In this document: positions 27,503-32,000 of the stretch, piece by piece
How the letters are laid out: every line of letters starts with the position of its first letter
Numbering within the stretch: the first letter of the stretch is position 1
Origin: Erysipelotrichaceae bacterium OH741_COT-311
Lineage (GTDB): Bacteria; Bacillota_I; Bacilli_A; Erysipelotrichales; Erysipelotrichaceae
Direction: 5' to 3'
DNA: 32,000 nucleotides
NCBI GenBank assembly: GCA_003858585.1
Contig: RQZE01000003.1
Location: forward strand, 1 to 32,000
Program-made: the position numbers and the translations under genes
The notes under the pieces: generated by a model
The model's database searches: none
What the model was told of the DNA's origin: nothing
What the model saw: only the letters and a program-made list of their open reading frames with translations

Positions 27503-28699
27503 ATGAAAGTAAGTATTATTTCAGGATTTTTGGGTGCTGGGAAAACAACGTTAATTTCAAAGTTGATTTCCGAGCAACTTTATAAAGAAAAGGTTGTATT
27601 AATTGAGAATGAATTTGGTGAAATTGGTATTGATGGAGGTTTCTTGAAAGAAGCTGGGATTGATATTAAAGAAATGAATTCCGGTTGTATTTGTTGTAGT
27701 TTACAAGGAGATTTTAAAGAAGCCTTGCAAAAAGTGATTGATACCTATCATCCAGAACACATCATTATTGAACCAAGTGGAGTTGGTAAATTAAGTGATG
27801 TTGCAAAGGCTGTAAAAGAAATAGAAGATTTAAAAGTAAATACATTAACAACCGTGATAGATTGTAAAAAAGCAGTTGTGTATTCAAAAAACTTTAAAGA
27901 GTTTTATGATGATCAAATTATACATGCAAGTTGTATTATTTTGAGTCGTAGTCAAGATGTTACACAAGAAAAGTTGGAAGAGGTTATTGCATTACTTAGA
28001 AGTAAAAATGCACACGCACCAATTATTACAACAAATTGGGAAGAATTAAGTGCAAATGATATTTTAAGTGTAATGGATCAAACTTATACTCTAAAAGTTA
28101 AAACATCTAAAGATTATGATACATGTGAGGGAGAAGAATGCTGTTGCCATCATGAACATGATCACAAGCATGGAGAATGCTGTTGCCATCATGAACATGA
28201 TTACGAGCATGAAGAATGCTGTTGCCATCATGAACATGATCACAAGCATGAAGAGTGTTGTTGCCATCATGAACATGATCACAAGCATGAAGAATGCTGT
28301 TGCCATCATGAACATGATCACGAGCATGAAGAATGCTGTTGCCACCATGGACATGATCACGATCATGAAGAATGCTGTTGCCACCATGAACATGATCACA
28401 AGCATGAAGAGTGTTGTTGTCACCACCATCATGCAGAAGATGTCTTTAAGAGTGTTGGTTTTGAAACTGTAAATAAGTATGATAAGTTTCAATTAAATGC
28501 AATTTTATCAAATCTTGATGATTCTATCTTAAGATGTAAGGGAATTGTTTCTGGTGTTGATGGTAATTGGTGGCATTTTGATTATGTACCTGATGAGTTT
28601 GAAATTCGTAAAGGCTCTTCAAATTATACGGGTTTAATTACAGTTATCGGAAAAGATTTTGATGAAAAGAAAGTGAAAGAAATCTTTGGGGTCAAATAA
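27503..28699 (+). CDS. COG0523-family G3E GTPase (CobW/ZigA/YciC-like metallochaperone) with a giant Cys/His repeat insert
   Basis: - AGAGGG RBS before the ATG at 27503.
- Walker A GFLGAGKTT.
- Diagnostic CxCC motif GCICCS (27685-27696).
- IIIEPSG Walker B.
- 103-aa Cys/His-rich insert.
- CobW_C-like C-terminus (LRCKGIVSG...LITVIGKDF). Confidence 0.88.
   Translation: MKVSIISGFLGAGKTTLISKLISEQLYKEKVVLIENEFGEIGIDGGFLKEAGIDIKEMNSGCICCSLQGDFKEALQKVIDTYHPEHIIIEPSGVGKLSDVAKAVKEIEDLKVNTLTTVIDCKKAVVYSKNFKEFYDDQIIHASCIILSRSQDVTQEKLEEVIALLRSKNAHAPIITTNWEELSANDILSVMDQTYTLKVKTSKDYDTCEGEECCCHHEHDHKHGECCCHHEHDYEHEECCCHHEHDHKHEECCCHHEHDHKHEECCCHHEHDHEHEECCCHHGHDHDHEECCCHHEHDHKHEECCCHHHHAEDVFKSVGFETVNKYDKFQLNAILSNLDDSILRCKGIVSGVDGNWWHFDYVPDEFEIRKGSSNYTGLITVIGKDFDEKKVKEIFGVK
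28133..28432 (+). repeat. 39-bp in-frame tandem repeat, about 7.7 copies, encoding EECCCHHEHDHKH units
   Basis: Units start at 28133, 28172, 28211, 28250, 28289, 28328, 28367 and 28406. Copies 1 and 3 are identical; the others differ by 1-5 substitutions, several of them synonymous. Confidence 0.95.
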
Positions 28700-29634
28700 T
28701 GCCGGTTTTAGTGTATTTAGTAACGGGATTTTTAGATAGTGGAAAGACCAGTTTGATTAAAGAGACTTTAATGGATAAAGAGTTTAATCATGGTGAAAAA
28801 AACTTAATCATTAGTTTTGAACAAGGAGAAGTAGAATACGAAGAAGCATTTTTAAAACAAACCAATAGTGAAGTTGTTTATGTCGATGATGTAGAACTTT
28901 TTACAGAGGAATTAATGCATGAATATGATACAGTATATCAACCTAAAACAGTTATTATTGAGTTTAATGGGTTAAGTAATGTGACAGAATTTGTTCAACG
29001 TAAGATGATTCCGGGATGGATGATTGTACAGGTTTTAACGACTATTGATGCAAGTACATTTAATGTGTATATTGCAAATATGAAGTCTATTATTTATGAA
29101 CAAATACGTTATTCAGATTTAATTATTTGTAATCGTTGTAATGAAGATACCGATTTGGATTATATGCGTCGTAATCTAAAGGCTTGTAATATGGCTTGTC
29201 AGATTGTTTATGAAGATGAGCAGAACAACATTATTCCGTTTAATCCAAGTAAGCTTGTTTTTAAAGAAGAAGATGGTATGATTCATGTTAAGGATGAAGA
29301 TTTTGGTTTATGGTATATGGATGCCCTAGATCATCCTGAACATTATGAAAATAAACGTATACGTATTAAAGGGATGTATGCTTCAAAGATTGACGGTTAT
29401 AAAAAATCGTTTGTCTTGGGACGTTATGCTATGGTATGTTGTGCTGATGATACGGCTTTAATTGGACTTACAGTAACAGGAGTTAAATTAGATGAATTAA
29501 CTTTGCATCAATGGGTTAGTGTAGAAGGTGTGATTCATTTGGTAGATGCTGAACATGGTAAGGTTTGTGTGTTATATGCTGAAAAGATTTACCATGATCA
29601 CCCAATAGAAAATCCATTTGTGTATTTTAGTTAA
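28699..29634 (+). CDS. Degenerate G3E-like P-loop protein lacking CxCC, fused to a C-terminal CC-A-D-D domain (DUF1980/YcgQ-like by recollection)
   Basis: - TAATG overlap with the upstream gene.
- Walker A-like GFLDSGKTS and VIIEFNG.
- No CxCC at the aligned position (EQGEVEYEE).
- C-terminal FVLGRYAMVCCADDTALIGLTV...WVSVEGV...ENPFVYFS. Confidence 0.65.
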   Translation: MPVLVYLVTGFLDSGKTSLIKETLMDKEFNHGEKNLIISFEQGEVEYEEAFLKQTNSEVVYVDDVELFTEELMHEYDTVYQPKTVIIEFNGLSNVTEFVQRKMIPGWMIVQVLTTIDASTFNVYIANMKSIIYEQIRYSDLIICNRCNEDTDLDYMRRNLKACNMACQIVYEDEQNNIIPFNPSKLVFKEEDGMIHVKDEDFGLWYMDALDHPEHYENKRIRIKGMYASKIDGYKKSFVLGRYAMVCCADDTALIGLTVTGVKLDELTLHQWVSVEGVIHLVDAEHGKVCVLYAEKIYHDHPIENPFVYFS

Positions 29635-29635
29635 T

Positions 29636-30127
29636 ATGAAGAGTTGTTTTTATTACCGTAGTGACCTTGGTCTTATTGGTATTATGGAATATGATGGTAA
29701 GATTGCAGGTGTGACAGTAGATGAATCGTTTGATGATGAGATTGAAGTGGTTGAAACTTCATTAATACGAGATTGTTATCTACAAATTGTAGAATATTTA
29801 GATGGTAAGCGTACTACCTTTGAGTTACCTTTGTATTTAAAAGGAAGTGAGTTGCAGTTGAGTGTTTATCATAGTTTATTGAATATTGCATATGGTCATA
29901 CATGTAGCTATAAAGAGGTAGCACAGAATTATAAAAAGGATTATAAGGGGTATCAAGCAGTTGCACAGATTATATCAAAAAATCCAATTCCGATTATTGT
30001 TCCATGTCACAGAGTGATTTATAGTGATCAAACATTGGGAGGTTATGCCTATGGGCAAGATATAAAGCGTTACTTATTGATGCTAGAGGAAAGAGTGAGT
30101 AAGGAAGGATCATTATGTACATTTTAG
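29636..30127 (+). CDS. ogt: Methylated-DNA--protein-cysteine methyltransferase
   Basis: 163 aa; active site IPIIVPCHRVI; the upstream YGHTCSYKEVA block is typical of Ogt/MGMT. Starts 2 nt after the preceding stop. Confidence 0.88.
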   Translation: MKSCFYYRSDLGLIGIMEYDGKIAGVTVDESFDDEIEVVETSLIRDCYLQIVEYLDGKRTTFELPLYLKGSELQLSVYHSLLNIAYGHTCSYKEVAQNYKKDYKGYQAVAQIISKNPIPIIVPCHRVIYSDQTLGGYAYGQDIKRYLLMLEERVSKEGSLCTF

Positions 30128-30951
30128 AGTTAATTAAAGTCATTGTTTTAGGGATTGTTCAAGGGATTACAGAGTGGTTACCAATTAGTAGTACAGGGCA
30201 TTTAATCTTATTAAATAATCTGTTATCGTTAAAGATTTATAGCGATCCAATGATGAATAAAGAATTCATAGATATGTTTACAGTAGTCATACAATTAGGT
30301 TCTATTTTAGCCGTTTTATTGTTGTATTTTCATAAACTTAATCCATTCTCTCGTTTTAAAAACACAGCACAGAAGAAAGATACCATCTTATTATGGGTTC
30401 ATGTCGTGATTGCCGCATTGCCGGCAGCGATTGTTGGGTTATTGTTTGATGATTTTATTGATGGTGTATTATATAATTCATTAACAGTTTCCATTACTTT
30501 AATCGTATATGGTGTTTTATTTATCGTTGTAGAGCAGATGAATAAAAAATCCACAATTACGACTTTAAAGACGATGTCTTTTCAAGTAGCATTTATCATC
30601 GGTTTATGTCAAATGTTAGCGTTAATACCTGGTACTTCTCGTAGTGGAGCTACCATTATCGGAGCTATTTTAATTGGTTGTTCACGTAGTGTGGCAGCAG
30701 AGTTTTCCTTCTTTTTAGCTATACCGATGATGTTTGGCGCTAGCTTATTAAAGTTGGTTAAAATGAAAGTTGCCTTAACGCTAGCTAGTGGATTTGCTTT
30801 AATGTTAGGAACGTTTGTGGCTTTTATTGTTTCTGTCTTTGCGATTCGTTTCTTAATGAAGTTTATTAAGAAGTATGATTTCAAGCCGTTTGGTTACTAT
30901 CGTATTGTATTGGGGGTTATTGTGCTTATTTCATATTTTTTAGGAGGTTAG
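30115..30951 (+). CDS. uppP: Undecaprenyl-diphosphate phosphatase (BacA/UppP)
   Basis: 278 aa polytopic membrane protein; GITEWLPISSTGHL and PGTSRSGATIIGA motifs. Overlaps ogt by 13 bp. Confidence 0.92.
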   Translation: MYILELIKVIVLGIVQGITEWLPISSTGHLILLNNLLSLKIYSDPMMNKEFIDMFTVVIQLGSILAVLLLYFHKLNPFSRFKNTAQKKDTILLWVHVVIAALPAAIVGLLFDDFIDGVLYNSLTVSITLIVYGVLFIVVEQMNKKSTITTLKTMSFQVAFIIGLCQMLALIPGTSRSGATIIGAILIGCSRSVAAEFSFFLAIPMMFGASLLKLVKMKVALTLASGFALMLGTFVAFIVSVFAIRFLMKFIKKYDFKPFGYYRIVLGVIVLISYFLGG

Positions 30952-30955
30952 TTGT

Positions 30956-32000
30956 TTGGATATTTTTACAAATTCAAATTATGTTATTTTATTTTTTCAA
31001 GGAATTTTATCGTTTTTCTCACCATGTGTGTTGCCTTTGATACCGGTATATGTTACATATTTAACTACAGATGCTAGTTATAAGGGAGAAGATGGAACGA
31101 TTCAATATAAGCAAGGGAAAGTACTATTAACAACTGTATTCTTTATCTTAGGGATTAGTAGTATTTTCTTTATTATGGCATTATCAGCATATGCCTTAAG
31201 AGAGTTTTTTAAATATAATCAACTATTGATTAGTATTTTTAGTGGGGTTGTATTGATTCTTTTTGGATTGATGCATCTAGGGATATTAAATATATCATTT
31301 TTGAATAAACAGTATAAGTTACATGCAAAAGTGGGGAAAATGTCGTTGTTAAAGGCTTTTTTACTGGGGTTTGCGTTTAGTTTTGGGTGGACACCATGTA
31401 TTGGACCTGCTTTATCGGCAGCGATTTTAACAGCTTCAAATACAAGTAGTGCGTTCGTTGGTAATTTATATATTTTAAGTTATGTATTAGGTTTTATTAT
31501 TCCATTTTTATGTTTAGGTATCTTTACAAAGACCATTTTAGGTATGATTCAAAAGCATAAACATATTATGAGCTATGCAACGAAATTAGGTGGATTTATT
31601 ATTATCTTCTTAGGAGTTTCAATGATTTATACAGCTGCGATAAAATATCAAGGAAAACAAGTTGTTATTGATACTGTTGCTCAAAGTGCTTCACAAGAAC
31701 AAACACAAAAAAAAGAAGAGAAAAAAGTCTATGCGTTGGATTTCGAGTTAGAAGATCAATTAGGTAATCTTCATAAGCAAAGTGATTATAAAGGAAAGAT
31801 TGTATTGTTACAGTTTTATGCTACATGGTGTCATTATTGTAATCAGGAAGTTCCGGTTTTAACGAAATGGGCTGAGAATCAAGAAGATGTTCAAGTCTTG
31901 TTGGTTGCAAATCCTGGCTTAGGCAATGAAGTAAACAAAGAAGAAATGATTAAGATTTTAAAAGAACGTGATATTACATTACCGGTACTGATGGATGTAG
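30956..32000 (+). CDS. CcdA/DsbD-family thiol-disulfide transporter fused to an extracytoplasmic thioredoxin-like (TlpA/ResA-like) domain; 3' end outside the window
   Basis: - Not in the ORF track because it is open-ended.
- AGGAGG RBS lies 8 nt before a TTG at 30956, and the frame stays open to the window end.
- My translation shows the CcdA Cys motifs FSPCVLPLIP and FGWTPCIGPAL across about 6 TM.
- A Lys/Glu/Gln linker follows, then the thioredoxin fold with ATWCHYC. Confidence 0.8.
   Translation, partial: MDIFTNSNYVILFFQGILSFFSPCVLPLIPVYVTYLTTDASYKGEDGTIQYKQGKVLLTTVFFILGISSIFFIMALSAYALREFFKYNQLLISIFSGVVLILFGLMHLGILNISFLNKQYKLHAKVGKMSLLKAFLLGFAFSFGWTPCIGPALSAAILTASNTSSAFVGNLYILSYVLGFIIPFLCLGIFTKTILGMIQKHKHIMSYATKLGGFIIIFLGVSMIYTAAIKYQGKQVVIDTVAQSASQEQTQKKEEKKVYALDFELEDQLGNLHKQSDYKGKIVLLQFYATWCHYCNQEVPVLTKWAENQEDVQVLLVANPGLGNEVNKEEMIKILKERDITLPVLMDV

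Noticed and set aside
28091-28492. 133-aa minus-strand ORF and 118-aa alternate-frame plus-strand ORF (28116-28472) with their own periodic sequences (MFMMATAFF..., AIMNMITSM...).
   Set aside because: Both lie entirely inside the 39-bp repeat of the COG0523 gene. Their periodicity and openness are by-products of the repeat. They have no RBS, and the COG0523 frame is continuous with conserved flanking domains.
1216-29635. Upstream-extended start codons offered by the ORF track: 1216, 5482, 10095(-), 10129, 11748, 17162, 17208(-), 20828, 27485 and 29618.
   Set aside because: The extensions overlap neighbouring genes, promoters or operators, or use TTG/GTG without an RBS. In each case an internal ATG with a Shine-Dalgarno sequence gives the canonical family N-terminus or signal peptide.
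2167-30884. Short ORFs nested in or antisense to longer genes: 2167-2370(-), 7851-8144(-), 8836-9045(-), 9843-10034(+), 12109-12294(-), 13372-13602(-), 16298-16489(+), 21361-21549(-), 24922-25179(-), 30609-30884(-).
   Set aside because: Each lies wholly within a longer ORF with clear family motifs on the other strand. They have low-complexity or odd composition and no RBS, as expected for chance ORFs in AT-rich DNA.
1-32000. Phage defence, toxin-antitoxin, retron, prophage, transposon or secondary-metabolite clusters.
   Set aside because: Every ORF over 100 aa is accounted for by housekeeping, transport, regulatory or surface functions, apart from the 133-aa orphan. I saw no nuclease, helicase, reverse transcriptase, integrase or transposase motifs in any frame.

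Overview
This is a low-GC Firmicute chromosomal segment; the taxon cannot be fixed from sequence alone, but the style resembles gut Erysipelotrichia or Clostridia. From left to right it contains:
- An Fe-alcohol dehydrogenase (-) and ybaK-nudC.
- The ribosome-rescue cluster secG-rnr-smpB.
- A 1204-aa secreted CnaB-domain surface protein with a non-LPXTG sorting signal.
- An 11-bp x5 tandem repeat, then tmRNA (ssrA) on the minus strand.
- An orphan acidic ORF.
- An OmpR-type regulator and an intramembrane-sensing kinase, coupled to an ABC transporter whose 803-aa permease is a tandem MacB/FtsX type.
- A maltodextrin locus: glgP/malP, a LacI-type regulator, a GH13 glucosidase, a malEFG-type importer, a lipoprotein amylase and malQ, with a class B sortase embedded in it.
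- A tightly packed operon of two G3E/COG0523-type NTPase genes, ogt, uppP and a ccdA-thioredoxin fusion. The fusion runs off the window and is absent from the ORF track.

I saw no phage, transposase, integrase, CRISPR or recognisable defence genes, and most of the window is ordinary. The strongest candidate for something under-described is the COG0523 pair at 27.5-29.6 kb. The first gene carries a near-perfect 39-bp x ~7.7 in-frame repeat encoding (EECCCHHEHDHKH)n. It is translationally coupled to a degenerate paralogue that lacks the CxCC motif and ends in a CC-A-D-D domain resembling DUF1980/YcgQ. Secondary leads are the IPKTQ sorting signal with a distant orphan sortase B, the tandem-MacB transporter under a Bce-like sensor, and the repeat array beside ssrA.
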